This document shows, in pieces, positions 34,710 to 47,852 of a stretch of 64,000 nt of DNA. Made by a program: the position numbers and the translations under genes. The stretch is from Azolla caroliniana (taxonomy: Eukaryota > Plantae > Polypodiophyta), in assembly GCA_043228905.1 (NCBI GenBank), contig JBHGNT010000008.1, positions 1,860,001 through 1,924,000 of the forward strand, read 5' to 3'. Position 1 is the stretch's first letter. The number at the start of each line of letters is the position of its first letter. The notes below the pieces were generated by a model. The model saw only the letters and a list, made by a program, of their open reading frames with translations. It ran no database searches and had not been told where the DNA came from.

Positions 34710-37700
34710 ATGGACGATTCATTGGGAGGCATGTTCAAGCTCATCGTCTCCAACTATTCGGTGTGGAAGTCGAAGATGAGGGACATGCTCGTGGTTAAAG
34801 ATCTTTGGTTGCCGGTTCAGTTCGGGGACAAGAGACCGAACAAAATCGATACCATGATATGGGAGGTGATGCACATGAAGACAACGGCGTACATACGGTG
34901 TTTCATCGACATGAGTCTATACAAAAACTTCAATGAAGAGAGCAAGGCTCATGAGCTCTGGGAGAAGATCGACATAATGTTTCAAAACAAAAATGTTGTT
35001 CATTAGGTTTCAGTATTCCGGAAGCTCGTAAGACTCCGGTACCAAGATGGCTCCAGCATGGCGGAGCACATGAATGCCTTCCAGGGGCTGATACACCAAG
35101 CAACATCATTAGCAATACCTCTCGCCGATGAGGTACTAGCGCTACTCCTTCTCGGTTCCCTCCCAGATAGCTGGGAGACGTTGGTTGTCACTTTGGGCAA
35201 CGCCGGGCCGGAAGGGAAACGGTTACCCCTAGCAAGAGTGAAGTCAAGCTTGCTAGATAAGGAGGCGCGTCGGAAAGATAAGGATACGAGCTCCGACTCC
35301 AAAGCCCTCCTTACCGAATCGGAACGCGGAAGACAAAGGAACCTTAGTCCCCAGAACCGGGAAGAGACAGGGACACAATCAAAGTCAAGGGGGAGGCCTA
35401 CTTGCTTCAATTGCGGCAAGCCGGGACACTTCTAGAAAAACTGTCGGCACTTCCGAAAAGACAAGGAAACCGACAGTACCGATTCGAAGCGGACACCGGA
35501 CCGGAACGGTAAAGACTGGAGGGGAACGGACCGGAAGGGAACGACAGAAATCGTGGCAAGGGAAGAAGAGTTGATGCTCATCACCGAGGAGAGTGAGATA
35601 AACCTTGTTGGCGACGAGATGACCTGGGTGGTCAACTCCGGCGCGTCGTTCCACCTTACCCCGGACCAGAAATGCTTCTCATCCTACTCGGCCGGTGATC
35701 ACGGCTGTGTCCGGATGGGGAATGAAGGTACATGCCGAATTGTCGGCATAGGAGACGTGTGGTTGACAACACCTACCAGATGCAAGATGCTGCTGAAGGA
35801 TGTCTGACACGTTCCGGAGGTTCGTCTGAACCTGATATCAGTCGGTTGGCTAGATGATGAAGGCTACACGGGTAGCATCCGGAACGGTGTTATGAAGTTC
35901 AGCAAAGGGAGCCTGATTGTGGCTCGGGCCTGGAAGGTAAACACAATGTATCTGATGAATGCCCGGTTATGTCCGGAGGAAGTGAACGTGGCATCCGACA
36001 TCACCGGTGAGCTGTGGCACAAAAGGCTATGTCACATGAGTCAGAAGGGGATGAAGAGGCTTGCAGACGACAACCTCATTCCAGTGAAGAACGTGCACTT
36101 GGAGAAGTGCACTGATTGTCTGGCCGGTAAGCATAACCGGACCTCCTTCCGACCAAGGCCACCGATGAGATGTAATGCACCACTAGAGTTGGTGCATACT
36201 GATGTGTGTCAAGTGGACACGAAGTCACATGCAGGATCGTAGTACTTCGTGACGTTCATAGATGACCATAGTCGGAAGCTGTGGGCCACACCGTTGAAGA
36301 CGAAGGATCAAGTGCTATCCGTCTTCAAAGAGCTCCACGCGAGAGTGGAAAGAGAAACCGGCTGGAAGCTTAAGGTGGTTCGAGCAGATAACGGAGGTGA
36401 ATACCGGGGGCAGTTTGAGGAGTACTGTCACTTGAAGGGAATGTGGCTCGAATTTACCGTGCCGAAGACGCCGGAACTAAACGGGTTGGCCGAGAGAATG
36501 AACCAGACCATAATGGAAAGGGTCCGGAGTATGATGGCGCATGCAAAACTACCCAAGAAATTTTGGGCTGAGGCACTGTCGACAGCGACATATGTGATAA
36601 ACAGATCACCGTCGATACCCTTGGATGGAGACACGCCACAGAGAGTCTGGACCGGTAAGGAAGTGTCCTACCGGCATCTGAAGGTATTCGGGTGTCTCGT
36701 GTACGTGCATGTAGCTAAGGACCGGAGAGGAAAGTTGATCCAAAAATCCAGCCATGCATATTCCTCGGTTATGGTGACGATGAGTTCGGCTACCGAGTGT
36801 GGCACCTAGTCGACAAGAAGGTATTCTGGAGTCGAGATATTATCTTCATGGAGGACAAGACGCTCGCCGACTGGGAGTCAGAGAAGAAGATAATGAACTT
36901 CGAGTCGACCGGTAAGGATCAATTCTACGATGAGCAAACCCAACCGGCAAGACACCGGTTAGCACTCGAGGAACCAGCCGGTTACGGTGAGGATACCAAA
37001 CTGGCAGAAGAAGAAGCTGAGGAAGCTGAAACCGGAACCGGCCAAGACCCCGAATCGGATTCAGATGAAGATCAAATAGTGGAGTTGATTGCCGAAGGCC
37101 AAAGACGGAGATATCCTCTCAAAGAGAGAAGGGGCCCCCGAAGATTTCCGGATTCAGAGCATGTGTTGCTGACCGATGAGGGAGAGCTAGAAAGCTTCGA
37201 AGAAGCGAAGGATGACACCCACAACCGCAAATGGTTAAGTGCCATGCAGGATGAGATGGATTCCCTGCATGAGAACCATACGTATGAATTGGTGGAGTTG
37301 CCAAAAGGAAAGCTGGCACTCCGAAATAAGTGGGTGTACAAGTTGAAACTGGGAGATGCCAGCAACCCCCCGAGATACAAAGCCAGGATCATGGTGAACG
37401 AGTTCCAGCAGAAGAAGGGCGTGGTGAACGGGTTCCAGCAGCTGGACGTGAAGACGGCATTCCTTCACGGTGACCTCAAAGAGGAGATCTACATGCAACA
37501 ACTTGAAGGATTCGTGGAGAAAGGGAAGGAGCACCTGGTATGCCGGTTGAAGAAGAGCCTGTACAGACTGAAGTAGGCACCCCGACAATGGTACCGGAAG
37601 TTCGACTCCTTCATGACCAATCAAGGGTACCACAAGACACAGGCTGATCACTGCGTGTTTGTGAAGAAGTTCTGTACGTGGATGACATGTTGATTGTCGA

Positions 37701-38263
37701 ACGGAACCAAGCCAAAATTCGGATGCTGAAGAAGGCTCTCAACCGAACTTTCGCAATGAAAGACTTGGGTCCGGCAAGACAGATGCTGGGGATGCATATC
37801 ATCCGGAACCGGCCAACGAAGCGATTGTGGCTGTGACAGGAGAAGTACGTGACAAAGTTGCTTCACCGGGTCAACATGTTAGAAGCGAAACCAGTCGGAT
37901 CGACACTTCCGGCAAACTGCAGGTTATCTGGTAAGAAAAGCCCAAAGACGAAAGCAGAGAAGGTGGATATGATGAAGGTTCCATATGCCTCTGCCATCGG
38001 GAGCTTAATGTACACAATGGTGTGTACCTGACCGGATATAGGATACGCAGTCGGAGTGGTGAGCCAGTTTATGAGCAATCTCGGCAAGGAGCACTGGAAC
38101 GCGGTCAAATGGATACTCCGGTACTTGAAGGGCACTTCAAATATGTGTCTCCGATTCGGCTCCGGTAAACCTCAACTTGACGGTTTTACCGATTCGGACA
38201 TGTCGGCTGATGTGGATACCAGCCGGTCTACATCCGAGTATGTAATGACATATGCAGGGGGAG
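34710..38263 (+). pseudogene. pol: Copia-A2 gag-pol (RNase H continues at 46870-47234)
   Basis: [57 protein letters not shown]; many stops. Confidence 0.93.
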
Positions 38264-38871
38264 TGTTGCCGTTTAGGAACACGGTCCGTGGTCAGTCCTT
38301 CGACCTAGACCTCAAAGTGGGTGTGGAACAACAAACAAGTGGTTAAGCGTAATGCGTAAGGGTAGAACCCCTGTAACCTATCAGCGTATAAGGGAAGACG
38401 GCTACAACCGAATCCCTATTAACGGTTACACTTACGTACTACAACGCTTAAGTATTCAAGACACCCACACTGAACTAGTTGTAGCTATACACAGAGAATC
38501 ATAGAAGATAGGATTCTATTATAAGCCATTTCTTTACATTCCCCAAAATTACACGCCCTCCATCAGAGGTTTTCTACCCTTTATATATGCAGGGTCTAAT
38601 TAGCCGTTCACGCTTCCTGCATGAACCGTTACATGCGTTATGCTCTTATATAATTTCTTACTCCTACGCTTTTGTCCGTCGGTTACTATTCCAGCGGACA
38701 ACACTTGACACGCCTGTGGGACAGTGCCTTTGCAAACCCATCCCTTAATCTTCTTCCAAAATGGCCCAGATGTTCGGCTCTGCTGTGGTGTCCTTGTCCG
38801 GAGGTGATGTAGGGCCCGTAGGTGCATCGTGGTGTGGCTCCTCTATTTGGTCGGGCTGGTTTCTCCCGGAG

Positions 38872-41469
38872 TCACCGTCGTCGTGGCCCGTAGGTGCATC
38901 GTGGCGTGGCTCCTCTATTTGGTCCGGGTATAGTGGGCTCTTCTTGAGTTAGTGGGTTGGGCTCCGTCGTTGTCGTGCTTGCAGTCGGCTGCGACTTTGC
39001 CTCCATTGTTACGTCCTCCGTGGTGTTGGCCGTTTTTGTATGTTCCTGGGAGTGGGGCGGAGATTCCGCCTGGTTCGCACCGTTCTCCGCGTGGTCTAAT
39101 GATAGTGTGGGCCCATGCGGCTGGACCTCTTGTTGGGTAGTGGTTTCGCTGTCTGGTCCTGTGGGGAACTCCGCTCGTCGGTCCCCACTATTCTTCCTCG
39201 TTGTCATCTCTGGTGATCAGGCTTGAGGTTCCTCTTCTTCGGCTGAGGCCGGAAGTGGTGACGCGTTGGATTCCTCGTTTGTGCGCGTGTTGCTGGCTTG
39301 CGTGATCTGGTGAAATAGTTCCTCCTGACTTTCACCAAAATCATCCAAGAGTTGTGCGAGTTCTTCGGAGTGTTGGTCTGCTAGTGCATGATAGTCTTCC
39401 CATACGGTCGCAATGCTCTCCTCATTTAGTTTATAGAAACCTCGACCTTCTTTTCGCCGGTTCTCTCAGTCCGCATGATACGCGTCCAATTCAGTTGCTT
39501 GGGTTGCCCATGCCATCCATCCTTCCATCCTTTGTCCAGTGTCGTTTTCAATTGCGCTGTGAACCTCTCCCGATTTGTTTGGAAAAAGATCCGCACGTTA
39601 TCTGTGATGGCCTGGCAACAGTTGCGTGCGTCTTCCATCGACTTTTGGAGATTTGCGATTTCCTGTTGTTTAACGGCTACCGCCTCCTCATACGTGGCCT
39701 TCAGGCCCGCCCACAGTTGGGATTCCTTTGCATGTTGTTCTTCTAATTTCCCCATCTCATTTTTTAGGCGGATTTCGAGCTAATGCCTTCTTTGTTGTTC
39801 GACCACCAAATGCTCATCGAACCATACCTTCTTTTTTTCTAATAAGGCGCGAAGTCCTGCTATTGCCACCTCCGATTTCTTCGCGTCCTCTCGTAATTGT
39901 GCGTTGTTGTCCTTTGTCCGAATGTGTTGAGCTACCTCCGTAGCTAGTTTCTCTTCGAGATTTTTTACTGCCTTCCGTCCGTTAGCCCGTATCACATTTT
40001 CTCTGTCTGAGGATTGGCGTAGTTCTGCTCGAAGACGGTCAATTTCGGATTCTACTAGCTGCACGAACCTTTTTGCTTTTGAGGCGATGGCGGTCTAAGC
40101 CTCGATTTCTTCTTTTAGAGCGTCGATGACATGGTTCGGTGGCGGGGTTGTGTGTTGCGCCGTAGTCACGTGAGCTTCCAACTCCGCAATGCGTGCGTTA
40201 GCTTTCTGCAGTTCGGCTTCGGTCAGTTTAACCTTCTTCTAGACATTCTTATTTTTTATGGCCATCTCCTTGGCGCCCGTGCGGACCTTTGCCAGTTCCC
40301 GATGGACTTCGACTAGGGCCGTGTTTAAGGGCAGTATCTCCATCCCCACTCGCTATACCCCGGCGTTCCTCTATCTGCCGACCCTGGCTAGCCGATCCTC
40401 ATCGTCGCTCTCCGTTGTTTGTGTTAGGGTGCGCTCGATCATCTGGCGTTCCGCATGCTCCTCGGCCATTCGTTGGGCGGCTTTGACCTGTTTTGTTGTG
40501 AGGAACTCCATGAGCTCAAAAGAAGTACCGAACTGCAAAAGGGCGCTGAACTCGTGGGCCATATCTGGGATATCCGGATATGCCAAAACCTTGCTTTCCG
40601 CCGTCAATACGGCTTTCCCTCGTTGGGACTGAGTCATAATAATCGGTCGTGGCTCCCGGATGATTTCGAAGGTGGTATTCGGTTCCGCCACTGCGGCGCC
40701 TTCGTCTTCGGTCAGTGTCTCCATTGCAGTGGGGGCGTTTTTTACCAACCCTTGCCCATCTTTCCTGTCCAATCTGCGCCATTTTGGTCTAGGGCTTTCC
40801 CGTTGTGTTTCGGTGTCTGGTTCTGGGGCTGCTTCCATGGATCGTCTCGGTTGTTCCTCCTGCGTTGTCCGTGTGTCCGGCTGGTCAGTAGGAGGTGTTG
40901 TCCTTGGGTCTAGCTAGGCCGGTTGGGGTTCCTCTTCCCACTCTGGGACCGATAACTCTGCTAACCTGCATTTCGCGGATCGGGGCGGGGTCGTGGGTTG
41001 GCTGGGCTGCGGTGCTGGCAGACCTTGGGGTGGAAATAGTACCGTAAGGTATTGTTGGATGATTGGCCTGAGCTTTTTGCCTGCTTGGTACGCATGCAAG
41101 CCTTCCAAGTCGACGGCACGCCTTTCAAAGGTATCGATAATGATGCCCGCTTTCTGCTTAGGCATCCCGTATGTATGCATTGACATCTACGCAGCCGACT
41201 TCTAGCAGGAACTTGGCAACTTCACGGAAGAAGGGATCCGGAATCTGTTTTGTTCTATAGGCCTTGGCGGAGGAGGAATATGGCCCAAAATACCGCTGCA
41301 GCGCCTCTGCAAGAGGTATTTCGAAATGTCTTTCGCCTAGTGAGGATAGGTCCAACTTCTTCCAGATGGAAGAGTTGGTGACCAGAGATGCCTCTGCGAC
41401 CCGGATGTAACCATCCAGGAGTTTCTCCACGAGCCATCGGCGTAGAGCAGTAGAGATGAAGATCGGCAT
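38872..41469 (-). pseudogene. Extra ORF (env position) of Gypsy-R: coiled-coil/disordered protein of unknown function
   Basis: ORFs 40914..41186, 40371..40838, 39780..40064 and 39426..39755 share one frame; 41158..41658 and 38872..39207 join by frameshifts. E/K/R/A heptad-rich segments. Confidence 0.65.
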
Positions 41470-41717
41470 CGCTAGAGTAGGTTCGTGGGGAGGAGACGAG
41501 TGGTTATGGTGAGTTGGAGCTCTGAGATAGGATGGGGAAGAAGGTGAGGAGGAGGAGCGATGGGAGCGCTGATAGCTAGAAGATGGGTTTCTGCTTTGTG
41601 TAGAAAACCTTCTGTTTCCTTCTTTTTGTGACTTAGGGTTCATTGGGCGGTGAGCCATCGTGGTGCCGCGTGTTCTTCTTCAAAATGGTTTGTAATGTCT
41701 TGTTCGTGGATTCTGCT

Positions 41718-44700
41718 ATTTTCATTGACGGTTTTCTTCAAAATGGTCTGTAATGTCTTGTTCGTGGATTTTGCTAATCCATTCGCCTGTGGATAATATG
41801 GCGTGCTCTTCTTGTGGACTATGGCGTAATGATGTGTTAGTTCCTGAACCACCGTATTGATAAAGTGACTCCCTTGGTCACTGATGAGCTCAATCAGACA
41901 GCCGAACTGGCACCAGATGTGTTCGTAAAGGAATTTGGCTATGACGGCCGCCATATTTTCACGTACTGCCTTTGCTTCTACCCATTTGGTGCAGTAATCC
42001 GTGGCTACCAATATGTATTTTTTGCCCGTACGGGCCGCCGCTGGTGTGAAGGCCCCTACAAAATCCAATCCCCACTTTTGGAAGGGGTCTAGTAGTAATA
42101 CGGGCCGGTGTGGCATCCTTGCGTCCTCCGCGGGCTGACCCATCCGCTGACACAAATCACACTTTCTACAATACTCGGATGCGTCCTTCTGCGTTGTTGG
42201 CCACCATAAGCCCGCCTGCCATACTTTCTGGGTTGTTACGTCGCCCGCGTAATGGCCGCCTGTCGTGCCGCAGTGTGCCTCCCGTAAAACTGCTTCCTTC
42301 TCATCCTAACGGACCCCACGTCGCCAAATGTCGTCACTTCCTTTGTGATATAAAACGCCTTCGACGAGGCAGAAGTGACGTCTTCGGACGGCTAGTCGTT
42401 TCTTCTCGTCCGTGCATAATTGTGGTGGAGGCAGTCCTGTAGTTAAAAAGTACGTCATTTCCATAAGCCATCGGTCCGGAAAGGTGGATTTCGTTTTTTC
42501 TGCAAGTGTCGCTACTCGCAAGATGTCGGCATCCAGAAAATCGTCGTCATCTTTTTGTACTGTTTCTCCATTCTCGAGTCTGCTCAAAAAATCCGCTACT
42601 GCGTGTTGCGTCCCTGGTCGGTGCTGAATTACGAAATCGAATTCCTGGAGCAGCAGCATCCACCGCGCCAATTTCCCTGTCAAGGCTTGTTTCTCCACCA
42701 AATACAATAATGTCGAATGATCCACGTGGAACGTGAATTTCCTTCCTAATAAATAGTGTCGGAATTTATTGATGTTATATATCATCCCTAGCGCCTCCTG
42801 CTCAGTTTTGGAATAGTTACGCTCTGCTGCTGACAATTTACGACTCGCGTAGTATACTGGCCTATACCAGTTTGGTTCGGTGAGATGCATTAGTGCGCTT
42901 CCTATTGCTATGTCTGAGGTGTCGACGAACACGTAAAATGGCTTTGCCCAAACTGGTGGTTGTACGACGGGAGCCTGTGTGAGCATTATCTTAAGTGCCT
43001 CATAGGCCTTATCCTCCGTTGCAGTCCATTGGAAAGGAGTCCAATGAACGACAGCGTGTAGCAGCATGGCAAAGTCCGCCAAATACCGTATCATCCGACT
43101 ATGCCACCGTATTTGTCCTAAAAACCGGCTAAGAGATTTGGCGTTTGTTGGAGTTTTGGCTCGCGTAATCGTGGAGATCTTGTTTGTGTCAACCGTTATT
43201 CCCTCTTTGCTGACTATGTGGCCTAGGAGAGTCCCGCTGGTCACGCCGAAGGCACATTTCGCGGGATTCAGGCTTAAGCGAGCGGTGCGGCAACGTTCCA
43301 GGCACAGTCATAAGTGCGTAAAATGGTCTATTGTTTCCCCATATACCGCACAGTCGTCTAGAAAAACTTGCATGAACGTCGTAATGTATTCCCCAAATAT
43401 CTCCATAATCGTTCGTTGAAATGTTGCCGGCACTGTCTTTAGTCCGAACATCATGACGACTGCCACATAGACTCCCCAATCCGTGACAAACGCCGTCTTC
43501 TCCTGGTCCTCGGGGTGCATGCGTACCTGGTTATAGCCACTGAAGCCATCTAAGAAACTGTACATCTCATGGCCTGCGATGGCGTCCAGCACGCTATCGG
43601 TGAAGGGTAAGGGAAATGCATCCGTAATGGTTACGGCGTTTAATTTCCGGTAATCTACGCATACCCGTATTCTGCCGTTTTTCTTTGGGACGACCACTAT
43701 CGGGCTTAGCCATGTCTCTTGTTTAACTGGTCGTATGAACCCCGCCTTTAGTAGCTTGTCAATTTCTTCTTTCACGCGGGTCGCGTAATTGGGGTTCATG
43801 CGGTAGTGGCGCTGCTGGACGAGTTTCGCGTTAGTTGCTAAATTGATCTTATGCTAATAGAACTTGGGATCTAACCCCTTCATGTCCTCATGAGCCCAAG
43901 CCAACACATCTTTATATTCCGTGAGTAGTGTGATCATCGTGATTCTCTGGTCCGGCCTTAATTCCTTTGCGATGGAGAGGAACCGAGGCTCCGATTCCGT
44001 ACCCACATTTACTTCTTTGAGAGCGGAAGCAGTGACTCGTCGTGAAATCTCCATTTCCCTTTCGAATGCCACCCGTGCTCTGCTAAGTTCCAATATGGAC
44101 TCTGGGTTTGGTTCGTAAGGCTCGTTGTGGGGAACAATGGTCGTGGCAAATTTGGTCGTGGTTGCTATGACATCTATTTAGAACTGCGGAATAATCCTAG
44201 GGTGTTCGTCGAGGTACGCCTCCAATTCTGCATCCTCCACCCCAACCAGCATATTTATGTCCTCCGCGTATAACGGTGTTATACCCTTAGGTTGCGGCGT
44301 GCTGCCTTCCGTAGGTACACGAACCTTGGTGCGTCAATGCCGGAAACTGATACACTCGTGTTGCCAGCTCTGCATGATATTTGTTGTCTGAAGCCATGGT
44401 CTGCCCAGAAGCACTGGGTACGCTCCTGGGGCCTCCAAAGCGAGGACGACCGCCGAGATGTCAAAGCGGTGTCCGCCCACGATGATGCCTATTTTGCAAA
44501 TTAACCCCAACGGTCGCACTGAGCGGGTATCTGCCATGCGGAGCCAGAATGGACACGCCTCCCATTCGGAAATGCCTAACTGCTCGCAAGTTTTCGCGCT
44601 AATTACATTGACGCTTGAGCCGCCGTCGATTACGCATCTAGGAACTTCCTGTCCGTGCAATATTACTGTAATAGCCGGGTTGTGCTGATCCACCACCGGT

Positions 44701-46136
44701 GGTCCATCGCTGACGTCTGTTAGGTTTGTGGCGACGCTTGCCCCGGGTATGCCCGCCCACCGCCTGTGCTTCCATTGTCTAGTGGAAACGTGGAACTAAC
44801 TGTAGCAGTTTTTCCATGGTTAACGTTATTTCACAGCCTGCTAACACCTGCCAAATGGGGTCCAAACCCGGTGTTTCGTTCTCTGTTCACTCCATTGTGT
44901 TCGCAGACTCCTGCCGCATACGTTCCGTATTGGTCGTGTTTGCTTTTTCCACCCACGCTTGTGCTTGTCGGCGTACCTCGTCTTGCGCAGCCCAATCCAC
45001 TGTTTTTGTTTGCTGGCGTGTCGTGACTTGTTGCACCTCCGCCGTAATCGTATTGACAGCGGGCCCCTTTCCCTTGCGTGCTGGACATTGCGTGGCATAA
45101 TGTCCGGGTTGCTGACAAATAAAACAATGGATGCTTGATTCTCCCTTCTCGGCTCCAGGTGGTGTGTGCCGCTCTCCGGGTGCTACTTGCCCCGTTTGTT
45201 TGTCGGTCGTTGATTTTCGTAGCGCCGACCCCCTTTGGCGTAACATGGATGTCCACTATAATCCTTGTCCTTTGGGTCGTTCTCCTCGGAATCATTGTGA
45301 TTCCGGCGATTCCGGTTGTACTGGTCCTCTCGCGGGTTGTGATCCTTATACCGGGGTCGGTCTTCTTGCCTCCTTTGTTCAGCCCGGTGCGGTTGACGTT
45401 GTGTGTCCATGCTACGGACTGTGGGAGTGGCTCTATTTAACATATTGTACTCGCATTGATCGACTGTGTGAGGCTTCAAGTGGCAGATTGGGCAATGGAT
45501 TCGCATATTGCACTCCACTGTGGAATGCCCCAAGTTCAAGCAAATCGTGCACTGGATTGCCTGACGAAATTGGCGTTCCTCATCCTGAGGTAACGCTTGT
45601 TGTAAGGACAACATAGAAAACCTTTCCTCCTCCTCATCCAACTCGAACTGTAACGCTCGTTCAATTACCATATTCGCCGTTTCCCCTTTCACGCTATTGT
45701 TGTTGAGCGTTGCCCGGATGGGCCGGCGTAAGGCTGCCAGAAATGTTTCCCGAGCCTCTACCCCCGCGGGGCTTCATTCCAGTTTCCGTCGTAAATTTTG
45801 AAAACGTAAGCTGAAGTCCGCTATCGTCTCGGTCGGTAGTTGCTTAATTGTATAAAACTGCCCGAGAATCTCGCGTTGTGGAACCCTCCGATGGAAGAAT
45901 CACAAGAAAGCGGACTGTAGTTGATCGAAGGTTGTTATGGCTGGTAAATCCATCTGTGAATGCCAAAACGCTGCACGCCCATCTAGTGTTAATCCGAACT
46001 CCATCATTTTCGACTGGTGTGCCACCGTCTCGAAGAGATTCTACGCCATGTGGTTTGCATTCCAAACATTCAGGAACATGCGAATATGCGTTGCGGCGTC
46101 GGTTTCGCCGTTAAAGAGGGGGTAGGCAAAGGCCAT
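41718..46136 (-). pseudogene. pol: Gypsy-R gag-pol (gag, 3 CCHC knuckles, PR, RT, RH, C-terminally truncated IN)
   Basis: CTICLNLGHSTVEC, CPICHLKPHTVDQC, CFICQQPGHYATQC; VIDGGS; RVCVDYRKLN and VFLDD; YYASRKLSAAERNY; WGLDFVG and YPQANG. Confidence 0.93.
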
Positions 46137-47852
46137 AGTGGGAGCTACGGCGGATCGGGAAAGACCACCGGGTGGCTGTGGTGAGCGTGGTCCCCGCGTC
46201 TCATCGAGGTATTTGGGGAGCGAAGAATCCCGTTTGCACTCACGGTAGGTAGTACTGAGGTCGTTGAGGCGCAGCCTTTGCCGTGCGCGTTCTTCTGCCT
46301 GGCGTGTGATGGACCTTGTTATTGGCCGGTCTTGTCGTGTTGGTTCTCTGGGTCATCTGCGGCTAAACATCCATTTGTTGTTGCTCGTTTGTGAGGAAAC
46401 ACAGATCACCAAGCGTACCAAAAGTGTTGTCGTTTAGGAACACGGTCTGTGGTCAGTCCTTCGACCTAGACCTCAAAGTGGGTGTGGAACAACGAACAGG
46501 TGGTTAAGCGTAATGCGTAAGGGTAGAACCCCTGTAACCTATCAGCGTATAAGGGAAGACGGCTACAACCGAATCCCTATTAAGGGTTACACTTACGTAC
46601 TACAACGCTTAAGTATTCAAGACACCCACACTGAACTAGCCGTAGCTATACATAGAAAATCAGAGAAGATAGGATTCTATTATAAGGCGTTTCTTTACAT
46701 TCCCCAAAATTACACGCCCTCCATCAGAGGTTTTCAGCCCTTTATATATGCAGGGTCTAATTAGTCGCTCACGCTTCCTTCGTGAACCGTTACATGCGTT
46801 ATCCTCTTATATAATTTCTTACTCCTACGCTTTTGTCCGTCGGTTACTATTCCGGCAGACAACAGGGAGTTGTTTCGTGGCAGTCGAGGCTGCATGAGAC
46901 GGTTGCGTTGTCAATCACGGAGGCGGAGTACATGGCGGTTGTGGAAGCTGGCAAGGAAATACTATGGATGAAGGACTTCATCGGAGAGCTCGGTATCCGG
47001 CAAGATGAATACCGGCTCTTTTGCGACAGTCAAAGTGCCATCCACCTTGCTAAGAATGTGGCCTACCATTCCCGGATGAAGCATATCCAGCGAAGGTATC
47101 ACTGGATCCAGGAAAGAGTAAATAACCAGGAGTTCGCGCTGACGAAGATCCACACAGCCGAGAACGGGTCAGATATGTTGTCCAAAGTACTGATACCCGA
47201 CATACGGATGCATGCCGGAAGCGGATCAGACTAGTAAGACATCCCATGCCAGAGTGAAGGGGGAGTTTGTTAGGAAACAGGTCCCTCCGGATGGGAAGTG
47301 AGAAGAACAGTACTAACGAAACCGGATGTGGAGTACCCGGCACCGGAAGACCCGGTGAGAACCGGATGGTGAAGGCCTGGTGAGAAGTGCTTACCGGATG
47401 AAGGGACATATTCATAAATATGTTTCTTGAGAGTCCGTCGGGGCTATATTTGTAAATAGCCGAAAAGTCATATTAGTATAAATATGACTTAGGGCAAACT
47501 CAGTATTGAGTTGTTGTCCTTCTTGTTGGCGCAAGATTAGAGCGTGCAACTGTGTACAGAGAGAGTGAGAGAGAGGAAGAGGTTGTTGCCTCTGTTGTAA
47601 CCACCGCCTATGGCGAATATAGAAAGCTCGAGGTCATTGCTTCGGTGCTATACCATTTGTACATTTTGACATAGTGATAGTTTGCAGTCTGTGGGCTGCC
47701 GTGGTTTTTTCCCTAGTTTGGGTTTTCCCACGTTAACATCCTGTGTTCTCTTCTCTCCATTGTGTCGTGCATTCATTCCCCGTTTTTCTATGTTTTGATT
47801 CTAAGCTCGGTTGTGGCCGAGCGTTGTTCATCGGGAGCGTGTGTTCCTGTCA

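Larger units (their letters stand above)
38264..46864 (-). mobile_element. Gypsy-R: non-chromoviral (Athila/Tat-like) Ty3/Gypsy with an extra 3' ORF, TSD GGGAG
   Basis: 440-bp LTRs 38264-38703 and 46425-46864 (TGTTG...CAACA); GGGAG at 38259-38263 and 46865-46869; PBS-like TGGTACGCTTGGTG at 46407-46420. Confidence 0.95.
34243..47852 (+). mobile_element. Copia-A2 (Tnt1/Tork-like), 5' LTR truncated, interrupted by Gypsy-R
   Basis: 5' LTR remnant ~34243-34679, PBS TGGTATCAAAGC at 34683-34694, gag-pol 34710-38263 and 46870-47234, PPT 47255-47265, 3' LTR 47268-47852 near-identical to the 5' remnant. Confidence 0.93.

Noticed and set aside
39426-40064. Captured host myosin/SMC-like gene or true viral envelope
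   Set aside because: Only generic coiled-coil composition is visible, with no diagnostic motif, signal peptide or transmembrane helix. Left as an unknown extra ORF.
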